This document shows, in pieces, positions 25,130 to 34,100 of a stretch of 64,000 bases of DNA. This DNA is from Clostridia bacterium. GTDB lineage: Bacteria > Bacillota > Clostridia > Oscillospirales > CAG-272. Location of the stretch: positions 65,874 to 129,873 of the forward strand of contig JAFQDC010000072.1 in assembly GCA_017416205.1 (NCBI GenBank), in the 5' to 3' direction. Position 1 is the stretch's first letter, and every line of letters starts with the position of its first letter. The notes below the pieces were generated by a model, which was not told the DNA's origin, searched no databases, and worked only from the letters and a program-made list of their open reading frames with translations. A program made the position numbers and the translations under genes.

Positions 25130-27727
25130 TTATTCAAGATCCTTTTTCCATTGGAAGATGAGATTCATAGCTTCAATGGGGGTGAGGGTGTTTATATCTG
25201 TTTTTCTGATGCTCTCGCAAACGCTGTCACGGGTCATATCCGCAAGGCTGATGGTCATAGAGTCAAGTCCGAGGGAGAAATCTGCGCTTTCCTCGTTTGC
25301 CTTTTTGGGACTACTAAGAGTCTTGCCGTCCTCCTCAAGGGAGCGGAGCACCTCTTTTGCACGCTTAACGATCTCCTTTGGGATACCTGCAAGCTTTGCA
25401 ACCTCGATACCGTAGCTTTCGTCAACGGGGCCGCGAACTATCTTTCTGAGGAACGTAAGATCGTCGCCGCGCTTTTTAACGGCAACGTTATAGTTCACAA
25501 CGCCGTCGATCTCGCCCTCAAGGTCTGTAAGCTCGTGGTAGTGTGTTGCAAACATAGTTTTTGCTGAAAGCTTTTTGCTCGCCGTATATTCAAGAACGGC
25601 GCGGGCAATGGACATTCCGTCAAAGGTGCTGGTGCCGCGTCCGATCTCGTCGTAGATTATGAATGAGCGGGACGTTGCGTTTTTCAGAATATAAGCAACC
25701 TCCTGCATCTCAAGCATAAAGGTAGACTGACCGGATGCAAGGTCGTCGGAAGCTCCCACTCGGGTGAAGAGCTTATCAACTACGCCGATGCGGGCATCTG
25801 CGGCGGGAACGAATGAGCCTATCTGAGCCATAAGCACGATAAGGGCTGTCTGGCGCATATAGGTAGACTTACCTGCCATATTAGGGCCTGTGATCAGCAT
25901 CATTCTGTTGGATTTTGTATCAAGATCCGTATCGTTGGGAACGAAATAGGCATCCTTTACAAACTTCTCAACAACGGGATGTCGGCCGTCGCGGATGATT
26001 ATGCAGTCGCTCTGATCGACCTCAGGGCAAACGTATCCGCTCTTTGCGGCAACCTCCGCAAGGCTGATAAACACGTCAAGCTCTGCAAGAGCGGCAGCAC
26101 TTTTTCTTATTCTCTCTGCGTTATCCGCAACGGTGTTGCGAATTTCGGAGAACAGCTCATATTCAAGGTTCTTCACCTTGTCTGCAGCTCCGAAAATAGT
26201 GCCCTCAAGCTCCTTGAGCTCCTCTGTTATGTATCTCTCACCGTTTGTGAGAGTCTGTTTTCTTATGTAATTCTGAGGCACCTGATCCATAAAGGATTTT
26301 GATACCTCGATATAATATCCGAAGACCTTATTGTTCTTGATCTTCAGAGTCTTGATTCCCGTGCTTTCCTTTTCCCGCTCTTCAATGGCCTTGATATATC
26401 CTTCGGCGTTATCCATAATGCTGCGAAGCTCGTCGACGGTAGCGTTATATCCGTCGCGGATCATACCGCCTTCTCTTACCTGGAAGGGAGGAGTATCAAC
26501 TATGGAGATATCTATAAGGTCGTGGATATCGGAAAGCTCGTCAATGCTCTCCCAGATGGAGGAAAGCACCTCGCTCTCGGCGCCTGAAAGGAGAGACTTT
26601 ATGGTGGGGAGTACCTTGATGGTCTGGCAAACGGCGCGAAGCTCGCGGGCGCTTGCAGTGCCGTAGGTGATCTTTGTCATAAGTCTTTCAAGGTCAAGAA
26701 CGCCTGAAAGCTCTTCCCGCAGCTCTTCTCTCAGCATAAAATTGGAGTAAAGCTCCGCAACGCTTCGCTGTCTCTTTGTGATCTCCTTTACGTTTGTAAG
26801 AGGATGCTCAATAAGAGAGCGGAGTCGGCGGGCGCCCATGGCAGTACCCGTTTTGTCAAGTACCCAGAGAAGAGAGCCCTTCTTGTCCTTTGTGAGCATA
26901 GTCTCGCAAAGCTCAAGGTTTCTTCTCGTGGACATATCCATTTCAAGGAACTGAGAGTTCTCGTAAATATCAATGTCTCTGATATAGGAGATATCAGACT
27001 TCTGAGTATCTGCAATATAGCCGAGAGCGGCTCCTGCGGCGACCGTTGCCGTAAGATATCTCTCGCTGCCCTCATACTGGCCGAACTGGCGGCGGTAGCG
27101 TGTTGTTGCCGCGTCACCGAAGTATCCTGCAAGGCAGGTGGTGCAAAGAACGCTTCTTTCCTTGAAATAGGAGCTGATTGCAGGATGGTCGTCAAGGTCA
27201 CAGTTCACGATAGCCTCTCTCGGAGCATAGGTTGAAAGCTCTGTGAGAAGGTCGCTGTCAATGCTGTCTCCCTCAAAGGAGGTAGCCTTCATCTGAGCTG
27301 TGGAAACGTCGGCAAAGGCAACGCCAACGCCCTTGTCTGTAATATATATAGATGCAAGATAGTTATTTCTCTGATCGTTGAGAAGATCGGCCTCGATGAC
27401 CGTGCCGGGGGTGATAACGCGGATGACCTCCCGCTTGACAAGTCCCTTTGCAAGGGCAGGGTCCTCCGTCTGCTCGCAGATGGCGACCTTATAGCCCTTT
27501 GAGATAAGTCTTCCGATATATCCCTCGGAGGAGTGGAAGGGAACGCCGCACATGGGCGCTCTCTGCTCTTCTCCGCAGTCTCTTCCCGTCAGAGTAAGTT
27601 CAAGCTCCTTGGATGCTATCTGCGCATCCTCGAAGAACATTTCGTAGAAGTCTCCCAGTCGGTAGAACAGGATGTGATCTCTGTACTGATCCTTTATCTG
27701 GAAGTACTGCTGCATCATTGGTGTCAT
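25130..27727 (-). CDS. mutS: DNA mismatch repair protein MutS
   Basis: It has the mismatch-binding N-terminus (TPMMQQY...GDFYEMFFEDA), Walker A GPNMAGKST and the TFMLEMQE motif. Confidence 0.9.
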   Translation of the reverse strand: MTPMMQQYFQIKDQYRDHILFYRLGDFYEMFFEDAQIASKELELTLTGRDCGEEQRAPMCGVPFHSSEGYIGRLISKGYKVAICEQTEDPALAKGLVKREVIRVITPGTVIEADLLNDQRNNYLASIYITDKGVGVAFADVSTAQMKATSFEGDSIDSDLLTELSTYAPREAIVNCDLDDHPAISSYFKERSVLCTTCLAGYFGDAATTRYRRQFGQYEGSERYLTATVAAGAALGYIADTQKSDISYIRDIDIYENSQFLEMDMSTRRNLELCETMLTKDKKGSLLWVLDKTGTAMGARRLRSLIEHPLTNVKEITKRQRSVAELYSNFMLREELREELSGVLDLERLMTKITYGTASARELRAVCQTIKVLPTIKSLLSGAESEVLSSIWESIDELSDIHDLIDISIVDTPPFQVREGGMIRDGYNATVDELRSIMDNAEGYIKAIEEREKESTGIKTLKIKNNKVFGYYIEVSKSFMDQVPQNYIRKQTLTNGERYITEELKELEGTIFGAADKVKNLEYELFSEIRNTVADNAERIRKSAAALAELDVFISLAEVAAKSGYVCPEVDQSDCIIIRDGRHPVVEKFVKDAYFVPNDTDLDTKSNRMMLITGPNMAGKSTYMRQTALIVLMAQIGSFVPAADARIGVVDKLFTRVGASDDLASGQSTFMLEMQEVAYILKNATSRSFIIYDEIGRGTSTFDGMSIARAVLEYTASKKLSAKTMFATHYHELTDLEGEIDGVVNYNVAVKKRGDDLTFLRKIVRGPVDESYGIEVAKLAGIPKEIVKRAKEVLRSLEEDGKTLSSPKKANEESADFSLGLDSMTISLADMTRDSVCESIRKTDINTLTPIEAMNLIFQWKKDLE

Positions 27728-27833
27728 AAATTATTACAACCCTTTTATAGTTTGATAGATTAATTCGCCGATTTTAGGATGAGTTTGGAGCGAAAAAGGT
27801 AAAGCTTGATTATTGCAAGCTTGATTTTCGCGA

Positions 27834-28229
27834 TCAGTGACAGCCGGAGCAGGTGGAGCAGTCGTGAGTGCAGCCTGCTCTCTTTCCTGTGAGGTGGAAT
27901 TCCATCTCATCGTAGATCGCCTTATAGTAAGCCTCATACTCGTCGCTTGCTTCCTTGAATGCAACGTAGAGGGGATGAGCGATGATGGTGGAGTAGATCT
28001 CGTTAAGTCTTCCCTGAATTGCGTCGATGATGCCGTCGTCTCTGTCATCCTTTGCATAAAGGTCTGTGAGAGCTGTCTGCTGAGCCTGATACTCAATAAG
28101 GAGAGTGCTGATAGCGGGATCCTCGGAATATGCCTTGCCTGCCTCTGTAACGGCGATGTATCTGGGGTCAACCTTAATAAGGTCGCAGAGATTCTTAACT
28201 GCTACAAGTACTTCTTCATTCATTATCAT
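27834..28229 (-). CDS. ymcA: YlbF/YmcA family protein with a C-terminal Cys cluster
   Basis: It is helical, 131 aa, with a family-typical profile. It lies between miaB and mutS, as ymcA does in Bacillus. The C-terminus is CTHDCSTCSGCH. Confidence 0.6.
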   Translation of the reverse strand: MIMNEEVLVAVKNLCDLIKVDPRYIAVTEAGKAYSEDPAISTLLIEYQAQQTALTDLYAKDDRDDGIIDAIQGRLNEIYSTIIAHPLYVAFKEASDEYEAYYKAIYDEMEFHLTGKRAGCTHDCSTCSGCH

Positions 28230-28258
28230 TGTTATAAATTCCTTTCGGGTGTGTTTTA

Positions 28259-29680
28259 TTATTCAACTACCTCTCCCATAAGTGAGAAGAGGTCGCTTTT
28301 TGTGATCTTAACGTTTATGAATTTGCCGATCATTGAACTGTCGCCCTTGAAGTGGATGGGGCGGGGAGTGTCGGCTCTTCCCGTCATCATACTGCTGTCG
28401 GTCTTGCTCACGTCGTCGCAAAGGACCTTGAGAGTCCTTCCCTCAAATCGGGCGTTGCGCTCAGCGGTAATGGTGTCCTGCAGACTGAGGAGTCTCTGAT
28501 AGCGGTCGTTTGCAACGGCGCGGTCTATCTGACAGTCCATAGCAGCGGCGGGAGTACCCTCGCGGGGAGAGTATATAAAGGAGAATATCATATCGTAGCG
28601 CACTTCTTCGAGAAGGGAGAGGGTCTCTGAGAATTCCTCCTCGGTCTCGCCGGGGAATGCTACGATGATGTCGCTTGTGATGCTTACGTCGGGTACTGCC
28701 GCCTTCAGCTTTTCAATGATTGAGAGATATTTTTCTCTCGTATAGCGGCGGTTCATAGCGCCCAGAACGCGGGTAGATCCCGACTGAACGGGCAGGTGGA
28801 AATGAGGAATGATCTTTTCCTCCTCTGCCATTGCGGCAATGAGGCTGTCGGAGGCATCCTTCGGGTGGCTTGTCATAAACCTCAGCCTGAAATCTCCGTC
28901 GATCTTACAAATTTCTCTCATAAGAGCGGCAATATCCATCTCACCGATATCCTTGCCGTAGGAGTTGACGTTCTGTCCGAGAAGGGTGATGTCCCGGGCT
29001 CCCCCTTCAATAAGCTCTCGGGCTTCGCGGAGGATATCCTCGGGTGTGCGGCTACGCTCCCTGCCTCTGACATAAGGTACGATACAGTAGGAGCAGAAGT
29101 TGTTACAGCCGTACATAATGGAAAGCCAAGCCTTGAATGGAGTCTTTCTGTAAGTGGGAATTCCCTCTGCAATACCGAAATTATCGCTGAGAATAAATCT
29201 TCTCTTTTCTCGGTTCCTTGCTCCGAGAACAAGAGATGGAACTCTGTGGATGGCTCCAGTGTCAAAGGTGAAGGAAACGTAGGGGTTGCTTCTCTTTATC
29301 TTTTCCACTCTGTGGTCCTGCGATACCATACATCCGCCGATTCCGATAATAAGCTCGGGGTCAGCGGCCTTTTGGTGCTTCATCTCACCGATTATGGAAA
29401 GAGCCTTTTTTTCAGCGTGCTCACGGATGGCGCAGGTGTTGAAAAGAACCAGCTTTGCGTCCTTTATGCTGTCAACGGGGACGTAGCCCATAAGGATACA
29501 CAGTCCCGCAAGGCGCTCGCTGTCTGCCTCATTCTGCTGACAGCCGAAGGTCTCTATGTAAAAGCCGGGAGGGTCGTCCTTATATCTTTTAAGGTTGTCC
29601 TCTTTGACAGCGCGGCAGGCAGAAAGCTCGGCTGCTACTGCTTCGGGAGTTATTTTTTCTGTAGAGTTAATGCAATTCAT
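28259..29680 (-). CDS. miaB: tRNA (N6-isopentenyl adenosine(37)-C2)-methylthiotransferase MiaB
   Basis: It has the UPF0004 N-domain cysteines (FGCQQN, NTCAIRE, GGCM), the radical-SAM CNNFCSYC motif and a C-terminal TRAM domain. Confidence 0.9.
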   Translation of the reverse strand: MNCINSTEKITPEAVAAELSACRAVKEDNLKRYKDDPPGFYIETFGCQQNEADSERLAGLCILMGYVPVDSIKDAKLVLFNTCAIREHAEKKALSIIGEMKHQKAADPELIIGIGGCMVSQDHRVEKIKRSNPYVSFTFDTGAIHRVPSLVLGARNREKRRFILSDNFGIAEGIPTYRKTPFKAWLSIMYGCNNFCSYCIVPYVRGRERSRTPEDILREARELIEGGARDITLLGQNVNSYGKDIGEMDIAALMREICKIDGDFRLRFMTSHPKDASDSLIAAMAEEEKIIPHFHLPVQSGSTRVLGAMNRRYTREKYLSIIEKLKAAVPDVSITSDIIVAFPGETEEEFSETLSLLEEVRYDMIFSFIYSPREGTPAAAMDCQIDRAVANDRYQRLLSLQDTITAERNARFEGRTLKVLCDDVSKTDSSMMTGRADTPRPIHFKGDSSMIGKFINVKITKSDLFSLMGEVVE

Positions 29681-30392
29681 TGTTTTGATCGTCCTCGATC
29701 TTTGCGTTTTTTGATTCTATTATCTTGTTGTAAAGGAGTATTCCGCAAATGCTCACAGCTCCCACAGCTAAAAAAGCAAGTGCGGCGCGGAGATACTGAC
29801 CCTCGGCAAGAGTTCCGCCAACGTAGGTGGAGGTGACGACCGAGGGGATACGGGCAAAGGTGGCAATTGCGAGAAATCTTCTCATACTCATGCCGCAAAG
29901 GGGAGAAAAGTAGGTAAGAACGTCCTTGGGTGTTCCTGGAATGAACATCAGAAGAAAGATGAGAACGTCTCTCTTTGCGGGATTTTTGAGAAATTTCAGC
30001 CTTGAATATTTATCGCTGCCGATGACCTTAAGCACAAGATCCTTTCCAAGGGTCTTTACCATAAGAAAAATCACGAAGGTGCCTGCAAAAATACCTGCAA
30101 GGCACAGCGCCGTTCCTCCGAATGTGCCGTAAAGGGCGCCTGCGGCGATCTCTATGGGCTCACCGGGTATAAAAGCGAGGATCACCTGGGCGGTCTGGAT
30201 AATGAGCATAAAGAATATTCCCCAAATTCCGAGGGAGGAAACAAAGTCTTTAAGCCTCTCTATAAGGTAGTCGGCTCCGTATTCTCTTGTGAGCAGCAGT
30301 ATCCAGACGGAGAGTGCCGCCATAAGGGCAAAGCCTGCAAGCACTCCTGCGATCTTTAATATTTTTTTTGCGCTATCTTTTTTATCCATCAA
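29667..30392 (-). CDS. TVP38/TMEM64 (DedA-related) family membrane protein
   Basis: It is polytopic, with FIPGEPIEIAAGALYG and FIPGTPKDVLTY motifs. Confidence 0.75.
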   Translation of the reverse strand: MMDKKDSAKKILKIAGVLAGFALMAALSVWILLLTREYGADYLIERLKDFVSSLGIWGIFFMLIIQTAQVILAFIPGEPIEIAAGALYGTFGGTALCLAGIFAGTFVIFLMVKTLGKDLVLKVIGSDKYSRLKFLKNPAKRDVLIFLLMFIPGTPKDVLTYFSPLCGMSMRRFLAIATFARIPSVVTSTYVGGTLAEGQYLRAALAFLAVGAVSICGILLYNKIIESKNAKIEDDQNNELH

Positions 30393-31395
30393 CTTTTTCA
30401 GGTGCGGTAGTTTCGGGGGTATAGAGAGAAGCCTTTTCAGCCTTTTCTGTCAGAGTGATCTTGCCGTCATTATCCCATAGGGCGGCCTCAAAGGAGAAGC
30501 TTTCGTTTTCGTAGAGGGTCTTGACAGCCGCGTTTCCGCAGGAATATGCAATGTTTGCCATAATTGCGGCGCATACCGCGTCAGATGAGTAGACCGCGGC
30601 GCGGCTGACGGAATTGTATCTGATGCCGTCGGAAAAATCCACAGAGGTGCCGAAATCGGCAGAGGTGTATGCAATATAACCGTCGGTAATATTGAATGCG
30701 CCCTCAATGCCTGCATCCGTTCCGTCGCTGATGTCTATCTTAAAGGCGCCGCCCTCAGGCTTTTCACCGAAAACGCCTGCAATGCCGTTAAAGGTAACGC
30801 TTCCGTAAGCGACCTGGGTCTCCTTAAGGTATTCGATAACGGTCTCAATGATGCGAGCATCCTGATAGCAGTAAAGGTCAAGGAGAGCCTTGCTGTCAGA
30901 TTTTTTAACGGTAGATTCGTTTATCTCAAATTTATCGGTGCCGGAATGAGCAAGAGCTTCATTTATCATCGCGTCGTCGGGGAGCTCGTTTTCAGCAAAA
31001 AGAGTGATGAGAGAGCCGCCTGCAGGCTGATAAAGACCGTCTGTAAGCTCAGAGAGCTCAAATGCGCGGACGAGCTCCTCTATAAATTCCTTGTTAAGGT
31101 CAAGAACCAGGCCCTCAGAGGCGTTGATCTCATATGTACCGGAGCTTTTCTCGTTTTTAGAAAGAAGAGCGTATACAGCGTCAGCCTTTTTGCAGGCAGA
31201 AGCGTAGATATCCTTTAAAGCTTCCTCCTCAAGGGTAGAGCCGTCCTTTGCCGCTCTTGAAAGGTGTAAGGATAGGCGACCCTTTTCGTCGCGCTGTGTA
31301 TGGGTAAAATATTCGCTGTCGCCCTTGTCGGAGCAAGCGCAAAAGCAGGTAATGCAGAGTATTGCCGAAAGTATTAAGGAAATAAGTCTTTTCAT
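30382..31395 (-). CDS. lipoprotein, divergent ApbE (FAD:protein FMN transferase)-like
   Basis: It has the lipobox CFCACSD, and the start was trimmed to ATG 31395 with AGGAGG upstream. The overall order resembles ApbE (SGTYEIN..., TDGLYQP, LLDLYCYQ, VTFNGIAG, ITDGYIAYTSADFG, SDAVCAAI). Several positions I remember as conserved in ApbE are substituted. Confidence 0.4.
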   Translation of the reverse strand: MKRLISLILSAILCITCFCACSDKGDSEYFTHTQRDEKGRLSLHLSRAAKDGSTLEEEALKDIYASACKKADAVYALLSKNEKSSGTYEINASEGLVLDLNKEFIEELVRAFELSELTDGLYQPAGGSLITLFAENELPDDAMINEALAHSGTDKFEINESTVKKSDSKALLDLYCYQDARIIETVIEYLKETQVAYGSVTFNGIAGVFGEKPEGGAFKIDISDGTDAGIEGAFNITDGYIAYTSADFGTSVDFSDGIRYNSVSRAAVYSSDAVCAAIMANIAYSCGNAAVKTLYENESFSFEAALWDNDGKITLTEKAEKASLYTPETTAPEKVDG

Positions 31396-31534
31396 AATTA
31401 CCTCCTGTAAAAAATACATATTCATTATATTATACTCCGAAAGCCCTTAAAAGTCAAGAAATGAGGGAAATAAGTTGAGCTGTCCGAATAGATCTTTCGT
31501 TTCATTCTTGCTGTTTCATATTGTTTTTATCGTT

Positions 31535-31625
31535 GCGTTTGCAGGCGGGAGCGTCAAGCAGCTCCCCTACAAAAAACCGTACCTTTTATCTACAAAATCT
31601 CGGTATTTTAATTTTTTACCATTAT
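31535..31625 (+). repeat. copy of the TGTAGGG-hairpin / CTACAAAATCTCGGTATT repeat family
   Basis: GGGAGCgtcaagcaGCTCCCCTACAAAAAA...CTACAAAATCTCGGTATTTTAATTTTTT aligns with 36798-36850 and 37694-37746. Confidence 0.7.
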
Positions 31626-31674
31626 TCCGAATTGGGGCAAAACAAATCGTTATTTCTCGATAAGCATAATAAAT

Positions 31675-31691
31675 TTATCGAAAAACGATAA
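31675..31691. promoter_or_regulatory. palindrome TTATCGaaaaaCGATAA just upstream of the -35 box (candidate operator)
   Basis: This is a perfect 6-bp inverted repeat. Further CGATAA-like boxes lie at about 31647-31664 and 31706-31713, flanking the promoter of the DUF2975-HTH operon. Confidence 0.3.
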
Positions 31692-31698
31692 AAATAAC

Positions 31699-31726
31699 TT
31701 GACAAACGATAATATGTGTGTATAAT
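31699..31726 (+). promoter_or_regulatory. sigma-A-type promoter (TTGACA-16 nt-TATAAT)
   Basis: TTGACA lies at 31699-31704 and TATAAT at 31721-31726, with an upstream TG. The promoter is about 35 nt upstream of the 31762 start. Confidence 0.55.
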
Positions 31727-31761
31727 GAAAGCGTAAATACTTGGAAACCGAGGAGATTTTT

Positions 31762-32202
31762 ATGAAAAAAAGTGCAGTTATAATAACGGCTGTGGCAGTG
31801 GTGATATGTATGGCGGCTCTCGTAGCCCTGACAATTGCCGCACCGGAGCTTTGCCGCTGGTACGGAGATTTTCGCAAAATAACAGAGAAGACCGAGAAGG
31901 TCATAATGATAGCCTTTTATATTTGCTCCGTTCCCGCAATGGCGTCTCTCGTGTCTCTCCTTCGGATCCTCGACAATATCCGCCGCGAGGACCCCTTCAA
32001 GGCAGAAAACCATAAGCTTATGGCCTTTGTTTCCTGGTGCTGTATCGCAGTTGCCGCAGTAACCCTTCTTGCAGGCCGATATTATATGCCCATGCTTTTC
32101 GTAACGGCGGCAATGCTGTTTATCTTCCTTATCCTCAGAGTAGTCCGCGGGTGCTTCATTACGGCAATGTACCTGAAGGAAGAAAACAGCCTGACTATAT
32201 GA
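31762..32202 (+). CDS. DUF2975 family membrane protein
   Basis: It is about 147 aa with 4 TM helices. It sits directly upstream of a ~68-aa Cro/C1 HTH gene, the classic DUF2975 plus YozG-like pair. The start was trimmed to ATG 31762, which has GGAG upstream. Confidence 0.65.
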   Translation: MKKSAVIITAVAVVICMAALVALTIAAPELCRWYGDFRKITEKTEKVIMIAFYICSVPAMASLVSLLRILDNIRREDPFKAENHKLMAFVSWCCIAVAAVTLLAGRYYMPMLFVTAAMLFIFLILRVVRGCFITAMYLKEENSLTI

Positions 32203-32210
32203 GGTGAAGT

Positions 32211-32417
32211 ATGGGAATCAGAGTAAATCTTGACGTTATGATGGCGAAAAGAAAGATGTCCCTCGGCGAGCTTGCGGACAGTGTAGGGATTACACAGGCA
32301 AATCTTTCAATACTTAAAACGGGTAAGGCAAAGGCAATCCGCTTTTCTACCCTTGAAGCAATATGTCGGGCTCTTGAATGTCAGCCCGGAGATATACTTG
32401 AATTTTTTGATGATTAA
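32211..32417 (+). CDS. small XRE/Cro-C1 helix-turn-helix transcriptional regulator (YozG-like)
   Basis: MSLGELADSVGITQANLSILKTGKAKAIRFSTLEAICRALECQPGDILEF is the typical sequence of this family. Confidence 0.85.
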   Translation: MGIRVNLDVMMAKRKMSLGELADSVGITQANLSILKTGKAKAIRFSTLEAICRALECQPGDILEFFDD

Positions 32418-32429
32418 CAGGAGGTAAGT

Positions 32430-34100
32430 ATGAATTCAAGCTTTGATCAGTACGGCCGTCCCTCGGCCTATTACGGCGAAGAGCCGAAAAATCAGGCACC
32501 CACTCCCCCAAAGCCCGAAAAGGTGAGAAAATGCGCTTCGGGGCGTGATATGGTTTTCGTTCTCATCTGCCTTATTCTCAGCATTCTTTTTGTTGACTTT
32601 CTTTTCTGGGCAGGCGCGGGTATCGGTATATCCCTGTGCTCAGCGGCATTTCTCATAGTATCACTTATATATCTTTCAAAAAAGGGAATGAGAATGTCTG
32701 TGTATACAGTCGCTCTTTCTGTTCTTTACGTTGCCCTCAGCGCGTCTCTTACGTTCTCAGACGGCGGCTTTTCAAAGTTTCTTGCCATTTGTCTCCTTGC
32801 GGTGATATACAGCGTAATACTTGTGGATACCATGGGCCTTCGCCGCTACAGCGCAGGCACCTACGGAAGCATTGGCGATATAGTCTACGCTTTGTTTGCT
32901 CTGACCTTTGGCAGCATCGGACGGGCATTTTACGGCGTGTTCCATAAAAAGAACGGCGAGCTTGTGGTGAATCGCAAGACCGGCAGTATCTTTATCGGCT
33001 TTGCCTTTGCCATTCCCGTTCTTTGCATAATCGTTCCCTTGCTTTCGTCAAGTGACGCGGCATTCGAGGGCCTTCTCCAAAAGATGACCTTTGATAAGGT
33101 CGGGGAGATAATAGGTGCTATTATTCTCGGCGCCTGCTTCTTTATACTCTGGTTTGGCCAGATCTTTTCTGCCGAGGATCAAAAGCGTGAAAAATACGAG
33201 AGAAAAGCGGAGAGGGGCGGTATTGAGCCTGCTGTCCTCACCTCGTTTCTCGCAGTTATAAGTCTTGCATACGTTCTTTATCTTTTCTCTCAGCTTGCAT
33301 ATTTCTTTGACGGATTTTCAGGACTTTTGCCCGAGGGCTTTACAATGGCAGAATATGCCCGCCGCGGCTTTTTCGAGATGGTTGCAATATGCGCAATAAA
33401 CCTTGTGATCATATTTGTAACCACCGTGATATGCAAGAGAAGAAACGGCCGCTCTGCAGTATCCGTAAGAGCGGTAAGCGCATTCCTTTCAGTGTTCTCC
33501 CTTCTTCTCAGCGCAACCAGCCTTTCAAAGCTTGTAATGTATATAAACAGCTACGGAATGACCCGCCTTCGTATTTATACGTCCCTTTTCTGCGTGTTCC
33601 TTGCAGTTGTTTTCATTGCAGTTCTCATTCGCCTTTTTGTTAAGAATATGCCTTATATGAAGGCGGCTATCGTTTGTGCGGCAGTTCTTGTGGGAGCAAT
33701 GTGCTATCTTGACGTTGACGGGGTTATTGCAAAGTATAACGTCGAAGCATATCTTGACGGACGCCTTGATACGGTGGACGTGTTCGCCCTTTCCAATCTT
33801 TCTTCAGATGCGGTAGTGCCTTACGTGTTTGATCTTATTGATGATGAAGACGAGAAAATTCGTGACGGAGCAAAACAGGTCCTCAGCGAGTTTTGCGAGG
33901 ATACCTTTGAGATCGAGCACGATCCCGAGCCTCACACCTTCAAGCTGATCGTTGACGATTACGATTTCCGCCGCTTCAATATCCGTGAATATAAGGCAAG
34001 AGAGCTTCTCATCGAGCATTTCGACGAGTATTACCTGTATGATTCTCATAACGATTACCTTGAGCCGGAGGGTGTTGGGGTGAGTGATGAGAATAAATAA
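32430..34100 (+). CDS. large polytopic membrane protein (DUF4153/DUF4173-like, family uncertain)
   Basis: It is 556 aa with a Pro-rich cytoplasmic N-terminus, about 10 or more TM helices and a soluble acidic C-terminal domain. It is co-directional with the HTH gene, 12 nt away. Confidence 0.5.
   Translation: MNSSFDQYGRPSAYYGEEPKNQAPTPPKPEKVRKCASGRDMVFVLICLILSILFVDFLFWAGAGIGISLCSAAFLIVSLIYLSKKGMRMSVYTVALSVLYVALSASLTFSDGGFSKFLAICLLAVIYSVILVDTMGLRRYSAGTYGSIGDIVYALFALTFGSIGRAFYGVFHKKNGELVVNRKTGSIFIGFAFAIPVLCIIVPLLSSSDAAFEGLLQKMTFDKVGEIIGAIILGACFFILWFGQIFSAEDQKREKYERKAERGGIEPAVLTSFLAVISLAYVLYLFSQLAYFFDGFSGLLPEGFTMAEYARRGFFEMVAICAINLVIIFVTTVICKRRNGRSAVSVRAVSAFLSVFSLLLSATSLSKLVMYINSYGMTRLRIYTSLFCVFLAVVFIAVLIRLFVKNMPYMKAAIVCAAVLVGAMCYLDVDGVIAKYNVEAYLDGRLDTVDVFALSNLSSDAVVPYVFDLIDDEDEKIRDGAKQVLSEFCEDTFEIEHDPEPHTFKLIVDDYDFRRFNIREYKARELLIEHFDEYYLYDSHNDYLEPEGVGVSDENK

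Noticed and set aside
28796-29836. 346-aa plus-strand ORF antisense to miaB (similar cases at 55015-56049, 21756-22511, 16205-16840, 58348-59259 and 59518-60180)
   Set aside because: All lie opposite confidently identified genes (miaB, ABC ATPase, tgt, S1 fusion, SBP) and show no motifs.
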